Source: Dehalococcoidia bacterium
GTDB taxonomy: Bacteria > Chloroflexota > Dehalococcoidia > Lucifugimonadales > UBA3495
Reading direction: 5' to 3'
NCBI GenBank assembly: GCA_965243255.1
Contig: CBDEUH010000004.1
Span: 1,790,979-1,854,978 of the forward strand
DNA length: 64,000 nucleotides
This document shows, one piece after another, positions 50,318 through 58,973 of this stretch (within the stretch, counting starts at the first letter, position 1; each line of letters opens with the position of its first letter). A program made the translations under genes and the position numbers. The notes beneath the pieces are model-generated. The model did no database searches. It had not been told where the DNA came from and worked only from the letters and a program-made list of their open reading frames with translations.

Positions 50318-53300
50318 ATGCCGCCCCAACAAGGCTATGCCCAACTGGAGCAGAAGCTGGCGTTACTGGCTTGGCTGCACAGCCGATTGGGCTACACAAA
50401 AACGACCAATCTACTGTCGGACCTGAAGCGGGCCGACGAGGGCTTTGACTCGGAAGACCGCAGCCACGTCTACGCCCGGTTGGCGTCTCAGGCCGAGCAG
50501 CTGCAAGGCGTGACGACGGGCGACTTGGAACGCTACGACGACAACATCCGCCAGCACCTGGACGCTATGAACGCTGGCCGGGCGGAAGCTATTACTTTGC
50601 GTTATTTCCAGTACCTGGCGGCGCTGTACACCGAAATTTACCTTGACCGCTACTGCAACCGTCGTGAAACCTTGCTGCGTTCGCTCAACGAATTCGTAAC
50701 CCAGCATAACGACGGCCTAGTCACCAGTGAGCGCTGGGAATCTTTTGTCAAGGCCGACCTGGACAAACTGGCCTTTTGGATGGCTACGGGCAGCGGCAAG
50801 ACCCTGTTACTGCACCTGAACTACCGCCAGTTTCTTCACTACAATCAGGAAACGTTGGACAACATCCTGCTCATCACACCCAACGAAGGACTGACCCAGC
50901 AGCACATTGAGGAATTGCAAGCCTCCAACATTTCGGCGGAACGGTTTGACCTCAATGATAGCGGCATTTTGCTCAATACAACCGGGACCGTAAAGGTTAC
51001 CGAAATTACGAAGCTGGTAATGGAAAAACGCGGCGAAGGCGACAGCGTTCCGGTGGAGGCCTTCGAGGGCAACAACCTGATTTTCGTGGACGAGGGGCAC
51101 AAAGGCTCGGGCGGGGAAGCATGGCGCAGCGTGCGCGACTACTTGGGCGAAACCGGCTTCACCTTTGAATACAGCGCGACTTTCGGGCAAGCACTGGCCG
51201 CAGCCAACAATGACGCACTGCTTGCCGAGTACGGCAAAGCCATTGCCTTTGACTATTCCTACCGTCACTTTTACAACGACGGCTACGGCAAGGATTTCAA
51301 CATACTGAACCTGCAACAGGAAGTGGTAGCGGAACAGACAGATACATTGCTGCTGGCCAATCTGCTATCTTTCTACGAACAGCAGTTGGTCTTCGAGGAT
51401 AAAGAAGACGCGTTCCGCCCTTACAACCTGTCTAGGCCACTGTGGACTTTTATTGGCGGCAGCGTCAACGCCGTATACCGAGAAAGTGGCCAGCCACGCA
51501 GCGACATTCTCACCGTAGTACGATTCCTACACCGCGTGTTGAGCGAACGGCACTGGGCCGTCCCTGCTATCGACCGGCTGCTAAATGGACAGTCGGGACT
51601 GACTGACGAGCAAGGATGGGACATTTTTGCCGACCGGTTTGACTACCTACGCAGCCTCGGTCTCGAAGCGGCTGGGGTATACCGGGACGCGCTGCAAGAG
51701 GTAATGCATACTGATAGCGGCGGCGGACTTGAGCTGCATGACCTACGCGGTAGCGATGGCGAACTGGGACTGAAAGCAGCCGGCGGCAGCGATTATTTCG
51801 GCGTTATCTATATCGGAGACACTCCCGCGTTTAAGCGATTGGCCGACGGCGCTGGCCTCGAAGTCACCGAGGACGCGTTGCATGGGTCCCTGTTCGACCG
51901 GATCAACGAGCAGGATTCAACGGTTGAGGTACTGGCCGGCTCCCGCAAATTCATCGAGGGATGGAACTCCTGGCGCGTGTCCAACATGGGCCTATTGAAC
52001 ATTGGACGTACCGAAGGTTCCCAAATAATCCAGTTGTTCGGCAGGGGCGTACGCCTACGGGGTCGGGATATGTCGCTGAAGCGTAGTTCGGCGTTCTCGG
52101 ACGAGCAGCACCCACACCACATCAAGCTACTCGAAACCCTCAACATCTTCGCTCTTCGCGCCAACTACATGACTCAGTTTAAGGATTATCTGGAAAGCGA
52201 AGGCATTGATACGCAAGGCCCGCTGGAGCTCCCGTTGTTCATCCAGCCCAATCAGGATTTCCTAAACAAGGGATTAGTCATCCCACGCTTGGACGAAGGC
52301 AAGAGTTTCGCCGGCCAGGAAACTGTGCCGTTGCAGTTCGACCCCAATATCCGACCCGTGTCGGTAGTAATGTCGGCGACGGTTCAACAAATCAGTAGCG
52401 GGCAAGATGGCGTCGTTGAAACCGGCGCCAGCGCCGGGACAGAGAGAACAATTCCCTCAAAAAGCCTGGACCTGGTTGATTGGAGCGAAGTCTATCTCGC
52501 GCTGCTGGAGTACAAGAAGACCAAGGGGTTCAGCAACTTGCTGATACTGCAGGGAGCCTTGCGTGACATCCTGCAAGCCACACCAACGACATACCGTTTG
52601 GAAGCTGAGCAATCCGTGGTTGAACCTAAGAGTTACAGTGACCGGCGACGGCTACAGGAAGCGGTAACCAGCATCTTGCGACGATATGCTGACGCGCTCT
52701 ACCGACGGCGACAAGCGCGTTGGGAATCGAACAACCTGACCTATCGCCGGCTTGATGACTCCGATGACAACTTCCGGTTCAACATCGCCGAAAACAGTGG
52801 CACTGGGCAGTACATCGTCAGAGTTCCTCGCGACCAACCGGACTTGGCGCAGGAAATTGAGCGTCTCGTCGCGGACTGCAATTCCCTCTACCAACAGGAA
52901 CAAGGAGATTTGCCGCGCATCCATTTTGACCGACACCTGTACCAGCCTCTCCTGGTAGAAGCCGACGGTGTAACCTCGTCGCCGGCCGGTTTGCAAGAGA
53001 GCGAGCTCAAATTCGTAGTCGACCTGCGCGACTACTGCTCAAACTCGTCATATGCTCCGACAACGGGGACAGAGCTGTTTTTGCTGCGCAACCTGACGCG
53101 TGGCAAAGGCGTTGGCTTTTTTGAGAGCAGCGGTTTCTACCCCGATTTCATCCTTTGGGTGAAATCGAGCGAACAACAACGCATCGTGTTCGTAGAACCC
53201 CACGGGATGCTGAACGCGAAGGCATACTTTCACGACGACAAAGCCCAACTCCACGAACGCCTGCCGGAACTAGCGCAGCAGATTGCTACCCGCTCAGGCG

Positions 53301-53470
53301 ACCTGGACGTACAACTGGACTCCTTCATCGTCTCGGCCACCCCATACGATGACCTGCAGGAGCGTTACGGTGAAGGCGATTGGAACAAAGCGGATTTCGC
53401 GGCTAAGCACATCCTATTTCAAGAACGCAGCGACACGTACGATTACGTGGCCCAAATCCTCCGGGGCTGA
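50318..53470 (+). CDS. res: Type III-like restriction subunit (Res): SF2 DExH helicase with C-terminal PD-(D/E)xK-like region
   Basis: 1050 aa with GGAGGAGG RBS upstream. Walker A FWMATGSGKTLL, motif II LIFVDEGHKGSG, later …SRKFIEGWNSWRVSNM… (motif VI-like). C-terminal FYPDFILWV…IVFVEPHG is nuclease-like. Starts 29 nt after mod. Confidence 0.8.
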   Translation: MPPQQGYAQLEQKLALLAWLHSRLGYTKTTNLLSDLKRADEGFDSEDRSHVYARLASQAEQLQGVTTGDLERYDDNIRQHLDAMNAGRAEAITLRYFQYLAALYTEIYLDRYCNRRETLLRSLNEFVTQHNDGLVTSERWESFVKADLDKLAFWMATGSGKTLLLHLNYRQFLHYNQETLDNILLITPNEGLTQQHIEELQASNISAERFDLNDSGILLNTTGTVKVTEITKLVMEKRGEGDSVPVEAFEGNNLIFVDEGHKGSGGEAWRSVRDYLGETGFTFEYSATFGQALAAANNDALLAEYGKAIAFDYSYRHFYNDGYGKDFNILNLQQEVVAEQTDTLLLANLLSFYEQQLVFEDKEDAFRPYNLSRPLWTFIGGSVNAVYRESGQPRSDILTVVRFLHRVLSERHWAVPAIDRLLNGQSGLTDEQGWDIFADRFDYLRSLGLEAAGVYRDALQEVMHTDSGGGLELHDLRGSDGELGLKAAGGSDYFGVIYIGDTPAFKRLADGAGLEVTEDALHGSLFDRINEQDSTVEVLAGSRKFIEGWNSWRVSNMGLLNIGRTEGSQIIQLFGRGVRLRGRDMSLKRSSAFSDEQHPHHIKLLETLNIFALRANYMTQFKDYLESEGIDTQGPLELPLFIQPNQDFLNKGLVIPRLDEGKSFAGQETVPLQFDPNIRPVSVVMSATVQQISSGQDGVVETGASAGTERTIPSKSLDLVDWSEVYLALLEYKKTKGFSNLLILQGALRDILQATPTTYRLEAEQSVVEPKSYSDRRRLQEAVTSILRRYADALYRRRQARWESNNLTYRRLDDSDDNFRFNIAENSGTGQYIVRVPRDQPDLAQEIERLVADCNSLYQQEQGDLPRIHFDRHLYQPLLVEADGVTSSPAGLQESELKFVVDLRDYCSNSSYAPTTGTELFLLRNLTRGKGVGFFESSGFYPDFILWVKSSEQQRIVFVEPHGMLNAKAYFHDDKAQLHERLPELAQQIATRSGDLDVQLDSFIVSATPYDDLQERYGEGDWNKADFAAKHILFQERSDTYDYVAQILRG

Positions 53471-53503
53471 AAAGCGGCGTACGCAGTCTCTTCGTTCACC
53501 CGG

Positions 53504-53509
53504 TATAAT
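53504..53509 (+). promoter_or_regulatory. -10 box TATAAT upstream of sppA
   Basis: cggtataat lies 41 nt upstream of ATG 53551. Confidence 0.35.
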
Positions 53510-53550
53510 CCAAACTAACCACTGGTTGCCCACCCTACAGGTAACTGAAT

Positions 53551-54381
53551 ATGCTTTTTTTCAAACGCAGGCCCAGCATTGCCGTTGTTGAGATGCACGG
53601 CACGATTGGCACGGCGATTCGGGAACCGGACTATACTCGCTTGTTTGAGCGGGTGCGGGAAAACCGGAAGGTGGGGGCGCTGGTGCTGGACATTGACTCG
53701 CCCGGGGGTTCGGCTACGGCCAGCGACATCCTGTACGAGAACGTGCGGCGGGTGGCCGAGCGCAAGCCGGTGGTGGCCTACGTGCGCGGACTGGGCGCGT
53801 CGGGCGGTTACTACATTGCCTGCGGCGCCAGCCAGATCATGGCGTCCCGCGCCGCGCTGGTGGGTTCCATCGGGGTGATTTACCTGCGGCCCATCCTGCA
53901 GCAGCTTTTCGGGAAGATGGGCGTTGAGTTCTCGGTGTTCAAGGGCGGGCGGCTGAAGGATATGTCGGGCTTCTGGCGGATGCCCACGGACGAGGAGTCG
54001 GAGAAGTTCCAGGGTCTGATCAGCGAGATGTACGACCTGTTCGTGTCGGTGGTGTCGGAGAGCCGCAAGCTGACGGACGAGCAGACGCGGGAGCTGGCCA
54101 CGGGGGAGCTGTACACGGCGGCGCAGGCCCGGGAGTTGGGTTTGATCGATCGCACCGGCGGGATTGACGACGCCATCGCGGAGGCGATGCGGCTGAGCGG
54201 GGCGCGGCGGAGGATTCGCCATTACCGTCCGAAGCGTGCGTTCATGGCGCGGCTGGGGGTGCCGGGACGGGCCGGGGGTTCCTATCTGTCGGCGCTGGAG
54301 GGGATGGCCGGGATGATGGGCGGCGGGGTTTACTTCATCGAGCCGGGGATGATGGGCGGGTTCGTGTCGAGGGATCGTTAG
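53551..54381 (+). CDS. sppA: Signal peptide peptidase SppA (36K type, S49)
   Basis: 276 aa: …ALVLDIDSPGGSATASD…, …LGASGGYYIACGA……GSIGV… give the Ser/Lys dyad context. Confidence 0.85.
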   Translation: MLFFKRRPSIAVVEMHGTIGTAIREPDYTRLFERVRENRKVGALVLDIDSPGGSATASDILYENVRRVAERKPVVAYVRGLGASGGYYIACGASQIMASRAALVGSIGVIYLRPILQQLFGKMGVEFSVFKGGRLKDMSGFWRMPTDEESEKFQGLISEMYDLFVSVVSESRKLTDEQTRELATGELYTAAQARELGLIDRTGGIDDAIAEAMRLSGARRRIRHYRPKRAFMARLGVPGRAGGSYLSALEGMAGMMGGGVYFIEPGMMGGFVSRDR

Positions 54382-54390
54382 CGATAATCG

Positions 54391-55200
54391 CTAGTTGGCG
54401 GACTTGGCTTCCTGCCAGAGGGCTTCTTTGTCGTCCAGGGGGAGGGCGGTGAAATCCTGGCCGCGTTGTGCGGCGAGGCGTTCCATGATCCGGTAGCGGT
54501 GTCGGAACTTGGCGTTGGTCTGGCGGAGGGCGTCCTCGGTCTGGATGCCGGACCAGCGGGCGACGTTGACCAGGGCGAAGAGCACGTCGCCGAACTCGTC
54601 CAGGCGTTCGGCGTCGGTGGCGGCGGCGCGAAACTCGGCGATTTCCTCCACCAGCTTGTCCAGCACGCCGTTGGCGTCGTCCCAGTCGAAGCCGAAGCGG
54701 GCGGCGCGGTCCTGAATCAGCTGGGCGGCGGCGAGGGCGGGCAGGGCGGCCGGGACGCTGTCCATGGCGGAGGGTTCGGGCTTGCCGGCCTGACGGCGTT
54801 CTTCGGCCTTGAGCTGCTCCCAGTTGCGTTCCACCTGCCGGGCGTCGGAGGCTTCAGCGTCGCCGAACACGTGGGGATGGCGGCGGATGAGCTTGCGGTT
54901 GATGGCGGTGAGGACGTCGGCGATGTCGAAGTGGCCGGCGGCCTGGGCGATGTCGGCGTGAAAGGCGATCTGGACCAGGATGTCGCCCAGCTCTTCGGCA
55001 AGCTCGGCAGGCTGGCCGGCGTCGATGGCCTCCAGGGTCTCGTAACATTCTTCCAGGAGGTTGCGCTTGAGGGACTGGTGGGTCTGCTCGGCGTCCCAGG
55101 GGCAACCGCCGGGGCCGCGCAGGCGGGCGACGATGTCGATGAGGGACTGGAATTCGCCGATGCGGGCTTCGGGTATGGGGGAATGAAGGTTGGTACTCAT
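54391..55200 (-). CDS. mazG: Nucleoside triphosphate pyrophosphohydrolase MazG
   Basis: 269 aa with tandem MazG domains (…GGCPWDAEQTHQSLKRNLLEECYE…EELGD.L…; second …EE..E………EFGDVLFALVNVAR). Confidence 0.9.
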   Translation of the reverse strand: MSTNLHSPIPEARIGEFQSLIDIVARLRGPGGCPWDAEQTHQSLKRNLLEECYETLEAIDAGQPAELAEELGDILVQIAFHADIAQAAGHFDIADVLTAINRKLIRRHPHVFGDAEASDARQVERNWEQLKAEERRQAGKPEPSAMDSVPAALPALAAAQLIQDRAARFGFDWDDANGVLDKLVEEIAEFRAAATDAERLDEFGDVLFALVNVARWSGIQTEDALRQTNAKFRHRYRIMERLAAQRGQDFTALPLDDKEALWQEAKSAN

Positions 55201-55278
55201 AGCGCGGGCAATATAACATAGTGGGCCGCTACGCTATTTTGTCGCGGCAAAGTCCGCCTGGATTGGAACCACAGACGT

Positions 55279-56016
55279 ATGATTTCTCGAACCAACCTTG
55301 CCAGAGCGGCGGCCAACAAGTACCGGGGCGCCGCCATCCTGACCGTGCCCGCCGTGCTGCTGTTCCTGGTGGCCGGCTCGGTGGCGTGGGCGGTGAACGA
55401 CCCCGGGCTGTACCGCAACGGATTTGAGCGGTACGACACGGCGGCGCGCTCCGGCATCACCGACGCCGACCTGATCGTCATCGGGGCCGAACTGCGCCGG
55501 TACTTCAACACCTCCGTCGAGCCGCTGTCGGTGCGGGCGCCGATTTACGGGGTCGAGCAGGACGTGTTCAACGGGCGGGAGGTGGCGCACATGTACGACG
55601 TGAAGCGGTTGGTGCGGGGGACGTACTGGGTAGCCGTCGGGTCGGCGCTGTGGATCCTGGCGACGCTGGCGGGCGGATTTGCGTTGCGGCGGCGGGAGTA
55701 CGTCGGCTCGGCGGCGCGGCTGGCGCTGTGGGGCGGCGGCGTAACGCTGGCGGCGGTGGTTGGGGTCGGGCTGGCGTCGGTGGTGGCCTTCGAGGAGCTG
55801 TTCTTGCTGTTTCACCAGCTGAGCTTCGCCAACGACCTGTGGATCCTGGACCCGCGGACCGACTACCTGCTGATCATGTTTCCGGGGCCGTTCTGGTTCG
55901 ACGCGACGATGCGGGTGGCGGTGACGGCGGTGCTGGGGGCGGTGCTACTGCTGTCCAGCGGGGTTGCCGTGTTATGCTATGAACGTTGGCAATCGAAAAG
56001 GCAGAGCGGAGATTGA
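55279..56016 (+). CDS. TIGR01906/DUF1461-family integral membrane protein
   Basis: 245 aa, ~4 TM segments, with conserved …FNGREVAHMYDVK… and …FHQLSFANDLWILDPRTDYLLIMFP..FW…. Confidence 0.7.
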   Translation: MISRTNLARAAANKYRGAAILTVPAVLLFLVAGSVAWAVNDPGLYRNGFERYDTAARSGITDADLIVIGAELRRYFNTSVEPLSVRAPIYGVEQDVFNGREVAHMYDVKRLVRGTYWVAVGSALWILATLAGGFALRRREYVGSAARLALWGGGVTLAAVVGVGLASVVAFEELFLLFHQLSFANDLWILDPRTDYLLIMFPGPFWFDATMRVAVTAVLGAVLLLSSGVAVLCYERWQSKRQSGD

Positions 56017-56017
56017 G

Positions 56018-57070
56018 ATGACGCGGCAGCTCTCCTTACCCGGCCCCTTTGACTTGGAGCTCAGCCTGACGATGGGGCAGGCGTTTCGCTGGCGTTCGCT
56101 GGGCGACGGCTGGTTTTCGGGTGTGCTGGGGGAGAACCTGGTACACATTCGGCAGACGGAGGACGGGGTTGAGTACCGGGTTGGGGGACCGGAGGGGGAG
56201 CGGGAGGCTGGTGATGCTGATGATGAACTGCTGCGCCGCTACTTCCGGGCGGACGACGACGTTGGGGCGATTTACGCGGACATCAGCGGGCGCGACCCCA
56301 AGCTGGCCACGATCATCGAGGAGTTCCCGGGGTTGCGCATCCTGCGGCAGGATCCGTGGGAGTGCACGGTGGCCTACCTATGCTCGGCGAACAACAACGT
56401 CAAGCGTATCGGCGCGATTGTGGAAAGGATAGCGTGTGAGTTCGGCCGCACGTTGGCGTTGGGCCCCGACGTGAGCGCCGTGTTTCCGACGCCGGATCAG
56501 ATGCTTGCGGCCCGTGACCCCGTTGCGAAGCTTCACAAGATGCAATTGGGATTGTATCGAGACAAGAACATCGTCAAGGCGGCGCACCGCTTTGCGAACG
56601 GGGAATTGGATCCGGACCAGCTCAGGAGCGCGTCGTACCAGGATGTGCTGCCGGTGTTGATGGAGGGGGCGCGTAATAAGAGCAAGGCGAATGGCATCGG
56701 GCCCAAAGTTGCGGATTGCATCGCGTTGTTTTCGCTGGACCAACTGGATGCGTTCCCAGTGGACCTGTGGGTATGGCGGGCCATCACTGAGGCATATCCG
56801 GAATGGGGATTCCAGGAAAATACAAAGCCCAGCGATAAAAACCTCCGCGAGGTGTCTGAACAAGCCCGGCAGGTGTTCGGCGAATACGCCGGTTACGCCA
56901 ATCAGTACCTGTTCTACTGGCGGCGGCGATATGGCGAAGAACCCTTGCCATTTGCCACACGTTGGAGAGGGAAACTACGCATCACGCCGCCGGCTGGCCG
57001 AGAGATTAATGACCAATATCTTGACGACCTGCGCTACGAGTACCTGAAAGCCAAATACCTGTCATGTTGA
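56018..57070 (+). CDS. ogg: 8-oxoguanine DNA glycosylase/AP lyase (OGG1 type) with C-terminal extension
   Basis: ATG 56018. OGG_N pattern (LELSLTMGQAFRW…), …DPWECTVAYLCSANNNVKRI…, HhH-GPD with GIGPKVADCIALFSLD…FPVDLWVWR (catalytic Lys and Asp context). ~45 extra residues follow the fold. Confidence 0.8.
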   Translation: MTRQLSLPGPFDLELSLTMGQAFRWRSLGDGWFSGVLGENLVHIRQTEDGVEYRVGGPEGEREAGDADDELLRRYFRADDDVGAIYADISGRDPKLATIIEEFPGLRILRQDPWECTVAYLCSANNNVKRIGAIVERIACEFGRTLALGPDVSAVFPTPDQMLAARDPVAKLHKMQLGLYRDKNIVKAAHRFANGELDPDQLRSASYQDVLPVLMEGARNKSKANGIGPKVADCIALFSLDQLDAFPVDLWVWRAITEAYPEWGFQENTKPSDKNLREVSEQARQVFGEYAGYANQYLFYWRRRYGEEPLPFATRWRGKLRITPPAGREINDQYLDDLRYEYLKAKYLSC

Positions 57071-57468
57071 TTGACAACAACGTGCTGCTCGATCTTGGAC
57101 TCAACCGGAAGCCGGATTCCTTGATAACTGAGGAACTGCTCAATCGCATTGGGCAGTCGGCAACGACTGCGTTTGTATCTTGGCACTCCGTCGCTACGTG
57201 CCACTACATCATGGAGCGCGACATAGACCGGGCAACGGCCCGCGCTTTCGTTGAGCAACTAACCGCTTTACTTACCGTTGCACCGGTCGGCCACCAATCC
57301 CTTCTTTATGCCCTGACCCTGCCGATGAGCGACTTTGAGGACGCGATGCAGGTTGCCGCTGCCCGAGCCGCCGGGGCGCAGCACATCGTTACCCGCGACA
57401 TCGGGGACTTTGGCAACTCGCCCATTCGTGCGGTTACGCCGGAGGAGGCGTTGCGGGAGCTGTTTTAG
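57064..57468 (+). CDS. PIN-domain protein (VapC-like), no separate antitoxin ORF
   Basis: 134 aa: MLIDNNVLLDL…, …MSDFEDAMQVAAA…HIVTRDIGDF. The ATG overlaps the ogg stop by 7 nt. Confidence 0.75.
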   Translation: MLIDNNVLLDLGLNRKPDSLITEELLNRIGQSATTAFVSWHSVATCHYIMERDIDRATARAFVEQLTALLTVAPVGHQSLLYALTLPMSDFEDAMQVAAARAAGAQHIVTRDIGDFGNSPIRAVTPEEALRELF

Positions 57469-58405
57469 GGGGTGATTTCCGGACGCCGCCGGTGATGATG
57501 CGGAAGTGGGCGATAGTTTGGGCGTCGGCGAAGGCTTGCTGGGCGCGTCGGTAGAGGGGCTTGCTGCGGCGTTGCTGGGCATCGAGGAGGATGCCGACCA
57601 CGGTGCCGCTGTGGGCGACGTTGATGCCGGCCGCGCTGTGTTCTGCGGCGAAATCGGCGGCGCGGGCTACCCATTGGGCCGAGGCCGGCGGATGTCCGGC
57701 CAGGGCGCTAATGGTCGCGCCGCGGCCCACCAGGTTGGCATCGCTGCGGCGGATGCCCTCGCGCACCAGGGCCAGGGCCTCGGCGGTGCGGTGGGCAATC
57801 TCCTGCCACTGCTGCGTGCGGTCGATGCGGTTGAACTCCAGGGTGTCCACGACGCCGCCGGGGTCGATGACGATTACTTCCATGGCCGGCGGAGGCCCCA
57901 GGGATTCGACAGCGCTGCCCCGGCGGTGGTCGAAGAGGGTGATGCCGGGAAACATCACGCCGTCGGTGGGCTCGACGGACAGGGCGATGCGGGCGATTGC
58001 CTGCGGGGGGAAAGCACGGCCGGCGGCGTGGCCCAGCGCGCCGATGGCGGCCGTGATGTCGGCGCTGCTGCTGCCCATGCCCTTACCGGGCGGAATGGGG
58101 TTGGCGATGGACACCTGGGCGGATAGGTTGGCGACGCCGAGCTGGGCGGTCAGTTCGTCAAGGGCGATGGAAACGGCCTGCCGGGTCTTGGGCAGATGAT
58201 CGAGGCCGCGCACCGTGTGTCCGGAGGCGTCGCCGGCGCGCAGGGTGACGGTGGCGCGGGAAAACTGGTTGATGGGGCAGGTAACCAGAAAATCGGCGCC
58301 GTCGGCGATGCCCTGCACCAGTTCGCCGCAGGTTCCGGGGGCGAGGGCGGTGGCAGCGCCGATGGGTTCAGGCAAGGGGTTCACCTTGACCCGAGGCTTT
58401 CCCAT
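57434..58405 (-). CDS. pduX: GHMP-family kinase, probable L-threonine kinase of cobalamin lower-ligand linker synthesis (PduX-like)
   Basis: 323 aa: …APGTCGELVQG… N-terminal motif and GHMP motif PPGKGMGSSSAD. Directly upstream of cobU-cobQ-type neighbours. Confidence 0.6.
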   Translation of the reverse strand: MGKPRVKVNPLPEPIGAATALAPGTCGELVQGIADGADFLVTCPINQFSRATVTLRAGDASGHTVRGLDHLPKTRQAVSIALDELTAQLGVANLSAQVSIANPIPPGKGMGSSSADITAAIGALGHAAGRAFPPQAIARIALSVEPTDGVMFPGITLFDHRRGSAVESLGPPPAMEVIVIDPGGVVDTLEFNRIDRTQQWQEIAHRTAEALALVREGIRRSDANLVGRGATISALAGHPPASAQWVARAADFAAEHSAAGINVAHSGTVVGILLDAQQRRSKPLYRRAQQAFADAQTIAHFRIITGGVRKSPPKTAPATPPPA

Positions 58406-58973
58406 CGCGGGATAGGGCTTTGATTGGGAGGGGGATGCCGGCCACCACCAGGGTTACGGCGTCGGCGTCGGCGGCGATGGTTTGGTTCACGGTGCCCAGG
58501 AGGTCCTGGAACTGACGGCCCAGGGATGAGGTGGCGACGAGGGAGTGTCCGACCTCGCTGCTGACGATGACGGCAAGGGAGTCCAGGTCGGCGACGAAGG
58601 AGGCGAAGCGCCGCACTGCGCCGACGACGCGGGCTTCCAGCTCGGCCGGGGGGGCGTTTTCGTGCTCGAACATCAGGTTGGACACCCAGCCGTCGAGGGA
58701 GTCGAGCAACAGGACGGGCGGGCGGGCCGCATCCAGCGGCAACCCTTGCAGCGCGCCCACGGGGTTCAGGGGGGCTTCCACGGTCTGCCATGCCGCTGGG
58801 CGCCGTTCCTGGTGGCGCCGGATACGATCCGACATTTCGTCGTCAACGGCGACGCCGGTGGCCAGGTAAAGCACCGGGCGGTCGGTGGCCGAGGCCAGTT
58901 GGGCGGTGACCTTTTCGGCGTGGGCGCTCTTGCCGGAGCGGATGCCGCCCAGAACCAGATGGAGGCTGCTCAT
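58368..58973 (-). CDS. cobU: Adenosylcobinamide kinase / adenosylcobinamide-phosphate guanylyltransferase
   Basis: 201 aa with P-loop LVLGGIRSGKSAHAE and a CobU/CobP-sized protein. 4-nt overlap with cobQ. Confidence 0.85.
   Translation of the reverse strand: MSSLHLVLGGIRSGKSAHAEKVTAQLASATDRPVLYLATGVAVDDEMSDRIRRHQERRPAAWQTVEAPLNPVGALQGLPLDAARPPVLLLDSLDGWVSNLMFEHENAPPAELEARVVGAVRRFASFVADLDSLAVIVSSEVGHSLVATSSLGRQFQDLLGTVNQTIAADADAVTLVVAGIPLPIKALSRDGKASGQGEPLA

Larger units (their letters stand above)
47135..53550. other. Low-GC accessory island carrying the mod-res pair
   Basis: Hand-counted 60-nt lines inside give 38-58% GC, against ~65-68% in the flanking LLM and sppA genes. No integrase, tRNA or flanking repeats were seen. 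Confidence 0.6.

Noticed and set aside
47199-53470. Possibility that the methylase-helicase pair is part of BREX, DISARM or a Type I system
   Set aside because: No PglZ/BrxC-like, DUF1998/PLD or HsdS/HsdR-type genes are adjacent. The MTase has the beta-class DPPY…FxGxG order rather than the gamma-class order of PglX/HsdM. The island holds only these two genes.
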